The notes beneath the pieces are model-generated. The model was given only the letters and a program-made list of their open reading frames with translations. It searched no databases and had not been told where the DNA came from. Made by a program: the position numbers and the translations under genes. Shown one piece after another: positions 40,201 to 52,769 of a stretch of DNA of 64,000 bases; the first letter of the stretch is position 1; every line of letters starts with the position of its first letter. Source of the stretch: Camelus ferus (taxonomy: Eukaryota); contig NC_045696.1 of the NCBI RefSeq assembly GCF_009834535.1, forward strand, positions 88,228,001 through 88,292,000. Direction: 5' to 3'.

Positions 40201-43200
40201 ATAATAAAATTTAAAAACCCTTGTAAAAGAAGAGCTTTGTACAAATGTAAAATGCCACAGTTGCTTACCAAAATATTACTCCTTTTTATGTCACTGCTTG
40301 GTCAGACACCTTATTTTAGTGACTTGTGGTGGCTTAAAAAAAGCACTAAATTGAGGTTACTTTCCTTTATTATCTAAAGTTTATGATTGATCTGAACATA
40401 GGGATTTCTGAGAAAAGCAAATAGCATACAAATAAAGCAACACTAAGTTTAGAAATAATGAGTCATATTCTAATAGCAAAGTGGCATATGGGACATTCCA
40501 CAGCATATACACATTTCGTCTAAATCAGACTCCCTGGATTTCCATAGGAAAGGGAAGTTGCTATTTAAAATTCAGTTTGAAAAAAGCAAGCAGCAATAAA
40601 AAGAATGATACCATTTTGTATTGAGTATACCAGCCTCTTCCAAAACGTTCTTGTTTCTGCTCCCAACTGCCCTGTAAAGCAGAAAGCACTATCTCCATCT
40701 TACAGATAAGAAAATCGAGGCTCAGGAGTGGCTAAATTACTTGCCATAAGATGCACGCAAAGAAATCAAACCTGTGTGTGTCTCACTCTTTAGTTTGTCT
40801 CTATCTGACAGATTATATATATTTCCCAGTCTCACTTATTGTTCTAATAAGTTATCTTCACAGCTGTAGTCATACAACTACACAATATGTCATATACATA
40901 CACAATAGTCATAATAGTAATATCTAACATTTATTGAGTATTTATCAAGTGTCAGGAATTCAACATGTATTAACTCATTACATGCTTCAAACTTAGTAAA
41001 AGGTAGACATGATTATCAGCCTGATTTACAAACGAAGAAACTGACCAAGAGTAGTAAAGGAACTTTCCTAAGGTCACACACAGAGCAAGTAGCCAAGCCA
41101 GCATTTGTACCCAGGTAGCCTAGCTTCAAAGTCCGCATGAGCACCCCAACCACTGCAATGTCTTTTCTCAATGCCTGTCAATGGGTGGCTTCCCTTTGAG
41201 AAATCCCAAGTGCAAGGCATTGTACAGTAAGACTAAAGCCTTTATTTCAGAAAAGAGTAGAACATTTTACTTTTCTAGGAAAGGTCTGCAACCAGAAGCT
41301 TGCCCAAGATTATAAAACAACGTTCATCTTCTCCTATTTCTGTCTAACTCGTAGTAGTGGTTGGAGCTATCAGTACATCTGTAGTAAATGCAAAGACAAC
41401 AGAACTTTACAAATATTGATTAACCAGTATCCTAAAAAGGTCACAGGGTCAGGACATGACTCCAACATAACTGACCATCTCCAAGAAAGTTTCACTCATC
41501 TAGCCCAGTGATTCACCCCAATGCCTCCAAAGGATGTGTCGGAATCTCAGAATAATAAAATTACTGATCTAAGGCTCATCTTCCTACTACAGGGATCTCA
41601 AATTTGAGTATGCATCAGAACCACCGGGAGCAGGGGGAATTTCTAACAAGTCCCTAGGCGAGGCTAATGCTCTTGGTCTCAAGACCACACTTTGAAAACC
41701 ACTGCCCTATAACGTTCATCCCTACAACCACAGAGGACACTGAAGTGAAATTAACACTGCCCACTCAGCAAAGCAGGAAGTTACAATTATACTTACTGAT
41801 CATGAGGAAATGTTACCAAATGTGAAGTAGAAAAACACTTTGTAATAATACATTCTAAACGTATTTATTTCTGAAATGCAAATAACACAAGTTGATATAT
41901 TCACTTTAAAAAAAAAAGGTCATACTTAAGTTTTTAAATAACTACCCAGGTCAAAACTGTCCATGTGCAATGTTTATGCCTGGTCAGAAGAAAACCGCTG
42001 CAGACCCAGAGGTAAACGTGCAGGTTCTGCATAAATGTTGACAGCTGGAGTCTCAGTTGAGCTCATTTAGCTTAACAAGTCTCTAGCTTCAGTTCACAGT
42101 GAGAAGCAGAGATCAATAAATGATCCATAATGCTTTTCCGTTAGTCTCCAGACTTTCTTTGCTCAAAATGGTAAAGGATGAACGAGGGCCAATAGTGTGA
42201 TAGACAGAACCCATAGCTGCCTGCTCCTTAGAGCTCAGTACACTTACATAGAATTAAGTGGCACTTTTTTAGGGGGACTTCTGTGTTTTTCCGGGATCAT
42301 TTTGGAGAGATCCCTCTTCCTTGGTTTATTACCAATTCACCAAATCCTAAGTAAGAAAGACGCCTTAGAAATCTTTTGGTTTAACTTCTTATCAGCCTAT
42401 GTTTTAAGAATCTCGCCTACAGTCTTTTTAGGAGATGTAAGTATGACAGTCTTCAAAAAGAGGAAGACAGAGATCTTCAAGACGTCTCTCTTTCAGAGCA
42501 GCTTCACCTGGCTCCCTTCAATGGCATGACTGTTGTTTAAAATAAATCCTTCAAAACTATGGTACCTAAGACAGGCTTGGAAGGGAGTCAGAATTGCTCA
42601 ACTAATTTACCATCACAAGAAAAAAAAAAAAAAAAACTCTGTTAAGGGAGGAAGGTAGCCTGTGTTCGTCACTTTGGAATGCCAGAGTGGGTACAGCCAT
42701 ACATAAGTGCTCAATAAATATTAATTGGATAAATTAGCAAGTGAATGAGATCATCATAGGTCTTCATAGCTGTAATAACATTTTGTAACTTTCCAGAATA
42801 ACCTGAAATGATTTGTTCTATTATGGAGGATCCCACAAGACTGCAAAGACACAGGTTGGTCTTCAGATCAGAAGGAACTGTATTTTATACCTAAAACACT
42901 TGCTATTGATACCTAAGGGACATTTTAAAATAGAGAAAATATAAAGTGTGGTAAGCCATGGATGCAAATATGAAACATTAAATTAAATTAGTGTTGCGAA
43001 ATTTTTTGAATATTTAATTTTAGTTGGATCCTAACTAGGCTATCTGTGTATATGAACATGAAATTTACTCAGAAAGAAACTCAGAGCCTTAGTTAACTCA
43101 TTTCATTTTAGATTGTAATTTTGCCATTTAACAACACTTCCATTTCAACTTCACTATTAAGGAAGAAAACAAATAACCACTGAGCACCTGCCATGTGCAA

Positions 43201-45639
43201 GACAATGAGAAAGACTCTTACAAGCATCATCTTACTCAGCATATCAATAGGACTAACTCTCCAATAGCCAGGTAATCTAGATAACCAGGTATCTCCTGAA
43301 ACCAGCAGTAAGCCAACCAGGCAGCTTTTGTGTTAAATTTAAATTAAATGATCCAACAGCTAAGTTGAAAAGTATATTTCTAATACCTAACACATGCCTT
43401 GCATAGGTGTTAAGCGACCAGAATTGGAGAAAATAAACAAAAACTTTATTAGATAAGAAAAGGAAAAATATTTCCCAGTCAAGTTATGAATACTATTTGA
43501 GATAGCTAGAGAGGACAGACATTTCTTCAAAGATTAGTCACTTTCTCATGGACAAAAAAAAAAAAAAAAAAGTCAACCAAAAGGGCAGCAAGTGATATTT
43601 TAAAAGGATGCAGGGAGGGTGGGTAGAATGGTCATCCCATCCTTCACAAGAGGTACAGGTAAAAGAAACCTTCCCTCATACTGTATTGTTTATTAGGATG
43701 GTTAAAAAGCACAGTAACACTTGAGCACATTTCTGCTAAATCCTCCCTCCCATCTCTCATTCTCTCCTGTCTCTCCCTAGATGAGCCTTTTTTTTTTTAT
43801 CCTTCTCTTCATTTTAGGGGAGAACAGTCTGCTTGCATCTCTCCCCATCTTCATTTTCCCTCTCTCTTCCTCCTTCTCTTCTCTGGTGGCCATAATATAG
43901 AACTGAAGTCTTCAATCTTATAGTCCTTGGTTGGGAAATTTTATCATTCTCCCTTAAGAATGTCTCAGCTTTTTTAAATGAGCTTCAGTCTTGTTTAAAA
44001 ATTCAAGGCTTTGAAATTGTCTTGAAATCTACCAAGATCAGAAAACTTTGTTCTATGTCTCCATAGAAGATCATTTTTAAATTATCTGTAGCTTTATTGT
44101 AATAAGTTTTGAAATGAGGAAGTGTTGGTTTTCCAATTTTGTGCTTTTTAAAAGATTGTTTTGACTTTTCTGGGTCCCTTGTATCTTCATATGACTTTTA
44201 GAATCAGCTTGTCAACGTCTGTGAAAAAGGCAGCTAAAATTTCGCTAAGGATTGCTATCCCTTTCTACAGATTGAATCTGTACAGACATTTGGGTAGTAT
44301 GCCATCTTAATATTAAGGCTTCTGATCCATTTATTTAAATCTTTGAATCAGGAAAAGCATGATTTTTGCAGACTCGGAGGAGTACACACTGCAAGACGGT
44401 CTATACCTAGGAATGCCTGACCACTTGTAAAGCCAATCATTGAATTCAAAAAATCAAAAATAAGATACAATGAAAGAAAAATCCCACTATAGAAGATTTA
44501 GAGCAAAGAAAATGTAGTATAACTGAGATACAGTGACTCAAACTCCTACCTTGTTTCAGTGTAAACGATAAAAACCCAAAGCAGAAAAGGAAAAAACAGT
44601 TTGTCTTAATGTAAGACATTTTTCCAAGGTAAAGAGAAATTCGTTTCAGCTATTCTCATTTCGTTTCAGCTATTGATCTACCTCTTAATTGCTCCTTCCT
44701 TTACCATTATTGATTCAGAAGGAGGGTTTCACATTTATTCATTTGTCTATCCCTCAAATGCCTGCGGAGAGTGGGGCAAACGGGGAAAGGATAGTATCCT
44801 CTCGTCTCTGCAGCTTCTAAACTTAGAGACGGCCTCAGTGCCAGATGCCTCAAATGGAGGACACAAATGCTGATATACTGCTGAATGAAAAGACTTGTCC
44901 TGCTTATAGACATCAAAGAACACAAATCTGTGCTCCAGGATTCCTTGCAGCTTCAGAGCCACCATTAGGCGCTACCATGGGTCCAAATTCACAGTTCTGG
45001 TCTTTGTTTCCCAAAACCAGGTCCTTTCTTGCTAACTTCAATGAGTCCCACTCTGGGACCTGTAATGTCCTTAGTTTTTAGAAGGATTTAAATTTAGGTT
45101 TGCAGTTTCCAAAGCTCTCAAAGAGACTTTTGAGTATACCCTCTGCAAAACTGTGTGACATCCAAACTGCCACTGCAGTAAAAATAACTTTCACCCTGAT
45201 GACCTGGAATTGATCATTCTCACACAACAGTTTGAGGAAAATTCCTAGATAACCTGTTACTTAAAATTGTATCTTAACTTTCTTCAGCAACAAAAATAAT
45301 CTGATTCTTTTCTTTTTAAGAAACAGTGAGCTTTCTTGAAACTAAGAGGACAAAATAAACTCATGCAATTTTCTTTAATTCTCTCCTGAACTAAACTTTG
45401 ATACTTACTATGGAAATGCAGCTTCATGACAAAAGTCTTCCCCTTCCTACTAGTTGTCATCTCTAAGAAATGCCTAAATAGAAAGGTGGAATCATTCTAT
45501 CCCCTCCAACTAAATGCAATTATCTATGTTAATGAAAGATAAGATTAACATGAAATAAAACTCAAGTAATTCACATATTCTACTTCAAATATTTATGTTA
45601 CTTCCTGCCTATTTTCACCAGGGCTACTGGCAAATTAAA

Positions 45640-46215
45640 AATAAAAACAATGGAGATGATATCAGAATACTCATATTGCTGATGAAAATACAGAGTGATG
45701 CAATCTCTTTGGAAAATAGTTTAACAGTTTCTCAAAATGCTAAACATAGAGTTACCACATTACCCAACAATTTTACTAAATATCTCCTCAAGAGAAATGA
45801 AAACAAATATCCATACAAAACTTTCACGCAAATGTTCAAAGCAGCATTATTCATAATAGTCAAAGAGTGAAAACAACCCAAAATGTTCATCGACTAATGA
45901 ATGGGTAAGCAAAATGGGGTAGTTCCATTCAATGGAATATTATTCAGCAAAAGAAGGGAATGAAATACTAATGCAAGCTACAGGAGGAATGAATCTTAAA
46001 AACATTATGATAAGAAAAAGAAGCCAATCACAAAAGACTACATAATGTGTGATTCCATTTACGTCCAAAGTCCAAAAGTAGTAAATGCTTAGAGACATTT
46101 CTGGGGTGAATGGTTACTGTTGGACAACTCTGCTAATACACTAGAAACACTGAAATGTAACTTTGAAGGCATGACTTTTATGGTATGTGAATTATTTCTC
46201 AATAAAGATAATGTA
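45640..46215 (+). mobile_element. L1MB/ME-like 3' fragment
   Basis: ctctttggaaaatagtttaacagtttctc; caaatgttcaaagcagcattattcataatag; gtgaattatttctcaataaag. Confidence 0.85.
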
Positions 46216-47243
46216 AGTAAAAAAAGGAAAACAAACAAACAAAAATGAAAACAAAACAAAACAAGAACTTTTTAAAGATTACCTCTTATTTACTGGATAG
46301 ATCACTTCCTAATTAAGCAACTTGCTCTTTCATTCCAACCTCAAATTCAGAAATCAAGCTTGTGGCTCAGCAAAATTATAAATTTCATAGGCCAGTAGAA
46401 TGATCTGAATATAGTAGAACTAAAAATGTTACATTCACGTACGCTGAGGGTCTATTTCATGGCCTTGATTAAATGTTTATAATCAGTGGTTTGACTCTTA
46501 AACAATTGATAGATAACATGTATGCTGTTAAGAGCAATTCAACACTCGTCTTCATTAGCAAGTTCTCTTGTGTTTAATTCCCATTTCAGAACTCCCATCC
46601 CTCTACTTACATTTTCCTACAGAGAAAAATAGCCTATTATTTTTACCTGTCTTCTTCAGGAAACACTTCCTGGAGTATAAAATTACTTCTTTTTTAATCA
46701 TTTATAATTAAAATTTCTTCATCAGGGGGTCCAGGCAGCCATCATTTTCCATCCACTTCAGACTTGAAAAGCATCAGTCAATCACAGTAGTTTCTTTTAG
46801 GCCACAGCGTCTGATACTCTGGATAACAGGCATTTCTCTTAATGCACCTCCTATTTTCATCATCAAGAAGCTCTTAGTGGGCCTCCTTTCCCCTTTCTAA
46901 TGAGAGTTGAGTAATCAGTAGCAGGTGGCCAAGTCTAGCCTAGTCTTCTCTTGGTCCTTTTGGTTGTCTGACCTTGACAGTGTCTTCCTAGTTGGTAAGC
47001 ATTCCCAATAAATGCTAGATACCCGTACCCTGCTCTCCTTTCACTCACAGTAATTTAACACCTGTTTCATTTCATCACAAGCTTTTCTATCAGATGCTCA
47101 ACCAAGTGCTTAACAGGACACTCAGTTCTAAAGCCTGAATTAGAGACCATTCTAGGAAATGTCAACTCATAAAACACAAGTAGAAGAGAGAGTCTCCAAG
47201 TTTTGCTACATCTTTAACTCCATCTCTGGTAGTCAGACTTTAA

Positions 47244-47334
47244 TTCTCTTTCTTTCTCTCTCTCTCTCTGTCTCTTTTCCTTCCTTCTCTTTCTTCCCTT
47301 CCTTCCTCCCTCCCTTTCTTCCCTTCCTTCCTCC

Positions 47335-47373
<39 letters not shown>

Positions 47374-47424
47374 TTCTTTTCTTTTCTTTTCTTTTCTTTT
47401 CTTTTCTTTTCTTTTCTTTCTTCT
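47244..47424. repeat. Compound polypyrimidine microsatellite (CT / CCTT / CTTT / CTTTT)
   Basis: ~180 nt almost purely C/T on the + strand. Confidence 0.95.
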
Positions 47425-48069
47425 AGTGGTCATTTGATTCTGTCCAATTAACTTTCATTTTTAAGTCAAGATTCTTGTATTCTCACATCCATGGGTCACT
47501 GAAATGTGGCATGGAGATAACTATAAGCTTTTTTTGCAAACACTTTGCTAATTTAAAAGTTCAAGAAAGAAATACATCCCCAGAGTGAAATCCTTATTTT
47601 AGCCCTAAAGAAGCTAGATGATATGACAATATACATTTTTAATGTAATTCAATAAAAATCACTTAGTGCCCTCCCCCATTTTCCCCTGATCTTCTCAATG
47701 TGTTTCTTGGCTTAAAAGCTTTCAGAATTAATACAATACTAGGGGGAAATGAGGAATTTTGATCTAGTTTGATATCTGACAGGGACAGAGTATCTATAGC
47801 CATGCCAATTAACTTTCTTGACCTTAATACATTACCAGTTAACTTTCTTATTCAATGGGGTTGATACTTTTTCTGTCTTCTTAACGGGTTGCTATAATTT
47901 TAAAAAATGATATTGTGAACTTTCTATAAATATAAATGATGTCTTCTCAATTTACTTCAATAAGCACGGGGATTGCCAATCACAATTCAGGACACTAAGC
48001 CAAGTAGGAAGGATGCTGGGTTGACTAAGACATAATTCCTAGACATTGCTAAGTTTTATTCATATTGGG

Positions 48070-50222
48070 GGTTTAGAATAAGAGTTTAACAGAAGTGCAA
48101 GGCTTGTGCACTGAAAATTACCAGACAATGTTGAAAAAATTAAAGAAAATTTAAATAAATGGAAAGACACCCTATGTTTGTGGATTGGAAGCCTTAATAT
48201 TATTAAGATGGCATACTCCTCAAACGGATCTACAGGTTTCATCTGTAGAAGGGGACAGCAATCCTTAGCGAAATTTCCGCTGCCTTTTTCACAGAAGTTG
48301 ACAAGTTGATTCTAAAACTCACATGAAAATGCAAGGGATCCAGAAAAGTTAAAACAATCTTAAAAGAGAAGCACAAAACTGGAAAACCAACACTTCCCAA
48401 TTTCAAAACTTATTACAATAAAGCTACAGTAATCAAAACAATATGATACAGCATAAGGCTAGAAATATTGATCAAAGGAATAGGATTGAGTATCCAGAAA
48501 TAATTCCTTACATTTATGGTTGTCAGCTTTGGCTACTACAACAGAAATATCATAAACTAGATGGCTTATAAACAACAGAAATTTATTTCTCACAGTTCTG
48601 GAGGCTGGAAGTCTAGGAACAGGGTGTCTGTGTGGTCGAGTTGTGGAAAGGGCCCTCATCCAGGTTGCAGACTGCAGATTTCTTCCTGTGTTCTATAGGG
48701 TGAAAGGAGCACTTTCTAGCTCTCTGGCCTCTTATAAGGGTCCTCTTACATGGACCCTATTCATGAGGGTTCCACCCTCTTGGCTTAATCACCTCCCAAA
48801 GGCCTCAATTCCAAATACCATCACACTGGGGATAAGATTTCAAAGTATAAATGTTGGGGAACACAAGCATTCAGTTCATAACAGTGGTCAACTAATGTTG
48901 GCAAGGGTGCTAAGACAATTCAACAGGAAAAATACAGTCTTTTCAACAAGTAGTGCTGGGACAACTTGATATCCACCTGCAAAAGAATGAATTTGGATAC
49001 CTACTTCACATTACGCACAAAAATTAATACAAAATGGATCATACACCTAAATGTAAAACCTAAAACTCTAAAAATCTCAAAAGAAAATAGAAGAGTAACT
49101 CTTCATAAGCTTGAGTTAGCCATGGTTTCTTACATACGACACCAAAAGGCTGAAAGATCAAAGAAGAAAAGATAAATTGGACTTTGTCAAACTATTAAAA
49201 ACTTGTATGCTTCAAAGAACAGCATCAAGAAAGTGAAAAAACAACTCATAAGATGAGAGAAAATGTTTTCAAATCATATTCTGACAAAGGACTTGTATCC
49301 AAAATATTTAAAGAGCTCTCACAATTCAACAATAAAAAGATCCAATTAAATTACCCAATTTTTAAAATGGGCAAAAAATTCAATCCACATTTGTCCAAAG
49401 ATGTACAAATAATGAATACATTATGAAAAATGCTCAGTATCATGATTCATTAGGGAAATGCAAACCAAAACCACAATGCAACACCATTTCACACCCACCA
49501 GAATGGCTAAAATCACAAAGACAAACAATAACAAGTGTTGCTCAGGATATGAAAAAATTGGAACCCTCATTCATTACTGGTGGGAACATAAGATTGTGCA
49601 CCCACCTTAGAAAATCATTTGGCAGTACTTGAAAAATTAAATAGAGTTATCTTGTGACCCAGACCTTCCACCCCTGGGTACATACAGAAGAGAAATAAAA
49701 CATGTCTTCACAAAGATATGTACACAAATGTTCACAGCAGCGTCATTCATAATAGCCCCAAAGTAGAAACAACTCAAATGCCCATTAAATGATGAGTGAA
49801 TAAATAAAATGTGGTATAGTCACACAATAGAATACTATTCAGCAATAAAAATGAATGGATAGCTGATACAGAGTACAATACGAAAGAACCTTAAAAATGT
49901 TATGCTAAGTAAAAAAAAACCAGTCACAAAAGACTATACACTATATGACCCCATTTATATGAAATGTCCAGAATAAGCACATCCACAGACAGAAAGTTGT
50001 GCTGGGGATGCCTAGGGCTGGGGGCGTGGAGGGGGAAGGTAAGGAAATGAGAAGTGACTAATAAATATGAAATTCCTTCTTGGGGTCATGAAAATATTCT
50101 GGAATTAGATAGTGAGGATGGTTGCACAACTCTGTGAACACATTAAAAACCACTGACCTATACCTTATAAATGAGTAAATTAAATGGTATGTGAATTATA
50201 TTTCAATAATGCTGTTAAAAAA
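48070..50222 (+). mobile_element. L1MB-like element (ORF2 3' half + 3'UTR), interrupted by an MLT1A-like LTR
   Basis: L1 ORF2 motifs (aaataaatggaaagacacc...cttaatattattaagatggc; aaagctacagtaatcaaaac; caacaagtagtgctgggacaac). The 3'UTR ends gtgaattatatttcaataatgctg. Confidence 0.92.
48521..48883 (-). mobile_element. MaLR solo LTR (MLT1A-like) with TSD ATGGT/GTGGT
   Basis: ggcttataaacaacagaaatttatttctcacagttctggaggctgg ... cattcagttcataaca. TSD copies at 48516-48520 and 48884-48888. Confidence 0.9.
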
Positions 50223-51079
50223 ATAATAGCTAGCAGAAAATGACAACCATTTAAAAAAATGAAAAGATGAAGATCAATATCAACTTTGGTGGCTAGTTGT
50301 GGTCAGAGTCTGTTTTAACTTATACAGGCAATGGCATGTTTGGACCTGCCTGATATTTAAAAGTCTGGTCCTGTTGGGAAAAGTTTCTTAGGTGACTAGT
50401 ATGTGGTTTCTAAGAGGCTTCACCAAATTCCCCTGAAGCCTCTCACAAAACTGTCTCATAAATTTCAAATACAGATCACTAGATCAGATATTAAAGACTG
50501 GGACAGACTACCCCAAAATGACCATGGCTTCATTCCCAGTTGCCATGTGTTTCTATGAGCTTCTTTTCCTGTTGTTTACTCTTGACCTCTGCATCTTCTT
50601 GTTGCCTGCTTTTCTTATGTCTTATTTTCACTCTGGGTTTGTTCAGTTTATGCCTAATGCAACCCTGGCCCAAATGTTTAATTTGACAGTAATTAAAAAT
50701 AATAACTTCACAATAAATGCCAAATTCTCCATAGGAAAATGTCATGACACTAGAGCAACAATGAATTTCCATAGTGCAGAATAGTCAGAGAAGGATGTTT
50801 TGTTGAAGACGGGACAACTCACTCAATGAAGAACAGGCAAGGATGGGGCTGGAGTCCTCCTTTTCTCATTATACAGCTATTCATTATAGCTGAAGAGTCT
50901 TACTCCAAGTAATTAAGGATAAAAAAAGAAGTCAGAGAAGACTGTTGTTCAAACAAAAGCCTTAAAAGAAGCAATAAATTGCCTAGCAAAGAATATGCAA
51001 AGTAAGTTTATACTGGGAGAGATGCAGTCATGTCAAAATCCAAAGCAAAATGGATAGATCAATCAAAATTTTTGGCCAC

Positions 51080-51551
51080 TTTGATGATCAATTTTATGTA
51101 TCAACTTGACCGGGCCATGGGGTGTTCAGACATTGTCATGAGTGTGTCTGTGAGGGTGTTTCTGAATGAGATGAATCTTAGACTCAGCAAAGCAGACTGC
51201 CCTCCCTGTTGTGGCTTCTCTTGAAACCCCATCCAATCAGCTGAAGACCTAAATAGAACAAAAAGCCTGAGTAAGAGGTAACTCCTCCTGCCTGACAGCT
51301 TGAGCAGCATGTTGGTCTTTTCTTGCTTTCAGTCTTGAGCTAAAAAGTCAACTCTTCTTGAGTCTTAAGCCCACCAGCTTTTAGACTGGAATTTACACCA
51401 TCAGCTCTCCTGGGTCTCCAGTTTCCAACCATGCATTTGGGGACTCCTTAGCCTCCATAATCGTGCGTAAGCGTTTCTTATAATAAATCTCTCTTGGTAG
51501 GTACGTAGGTAGATAATTGGTTCTGTTTTTTAGAGAACCCTGACTAATACA
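51080..51551 (+). mobile_element. ERVL solo LTR (MLT2-type) with TSD GCCAC/GCTAC
   Basis: tgatgatcaattttatgtatcaacttgac ... ggttctgttttttagagaaccctgactaataca. Confidence 0.9.
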
Positions 51552-52769
51552 GCTACTTTAGACCAATCTATATTTCAGATATTGAGAGTTCTGTCATTAT
51601 TATCCTTAATCAAACTTTCTCTCATAAAATAGGAGGGCTTTATTTTTAAGATAATTTCTACTTTCAAAACCTGAACATTCTTTTTTTTTTTTTTTTTTTT
51701 TAACCAACTACTGCTTAGCAAAAGTCTTTTAAAAGGATGCTGGAAGCTTTATGGATCAATTCGCCTTGATGCTTTTTTTTTTTTTAACTTTTCCATTTCA
51801 TTAATTTTTGCTTTTATCTTTAGCATTAGTTCACATCATTCTTTTGCAGTTTCTTAGTTTGTACATTGTTCTGCAATAAATGCATTTAATGTTGTATGGC
51901 TTTTCTGTTCTCTCCTGATTTTATGTAGGATTTTTGTTTTTCTTCTGTTTCTAAAGAGTCTTTAGTTTCCTATTTGTCATTCCTTTAATCTAGATTTCAA
52001 GCATGTTTAAATGTCCAATTTTACAATATCAATGAGGGGGAAATGTGGTGTGTATGATTTCTGCCATTTAATATGTGTCCATCTAAAAAAAAGTGTTCAT
52101 CTTTATTTTGTGATCTAGTTAAGTTTTGAGAATGTTCTATGTTTGTATGAAAAAACACCTACTCTCCATCTGGGGGTACAAAGATATACATAAAGGTGTT
52201 TGTGGTTTTATTACATATGTCATTTAAGATTATTTTTAATAGTCTTGGTGCTTCTCCCAGCTATACTAGTTTCTCCCCACATCCAGATGGAATAATTGCA
52301 AGGCCTCATATCCACTTCACAAACCTTTAGTAGGAGGAAGAGAGACCTGTTTCTATGTTTCTACAAATGTACAATCATAGGGGAGGGGAGGAGGCATGTC
52401 ATAACCTAGTGAGAGAACTAGATAATGAAAAATGAGTCAGTAAATAGTACTGGCCCCACCACAAAACGGGCTTGGCGAGCCTGGAGAGTCACTCCTCAGG
52501 GTTTCTCCTTCCTCATCTCTTAGAGGGGGTGGTCATACTTGAGCTGCCAATATGACAAGGTTTGTCAGGAGAAGCCAAGAGGCAAGAAGTGTAAAGGACA
52601 TACAGTGATGAATAAACACTAGCAGTGGTTGCTAATGTTTAGATACAAGATAAAGAAAAGAAGCACAACACAGGCTTCAAGGTGCTCAGTTTCTATTGGT
52701 TCCCTTCCCTGGCCCAGAGCATCTTCAGCCTTCTTTGGGGATTTCCTCCCTCCTGCTTGGAGAAACCGC

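Noticed and set aside
47159..47437. F/L/S-rich and K/R/E-rich ORFs
   Set aside because: Translations of the polypyrimidine microsatellite.
50518..50784. Overlapping ORFs suggestive of a ribosomal-protein processed pseudogene
   Set aside because: Only a few residues resemble RPL35A/RPL27A. There is no sustained match and no poly(A)/TSD.
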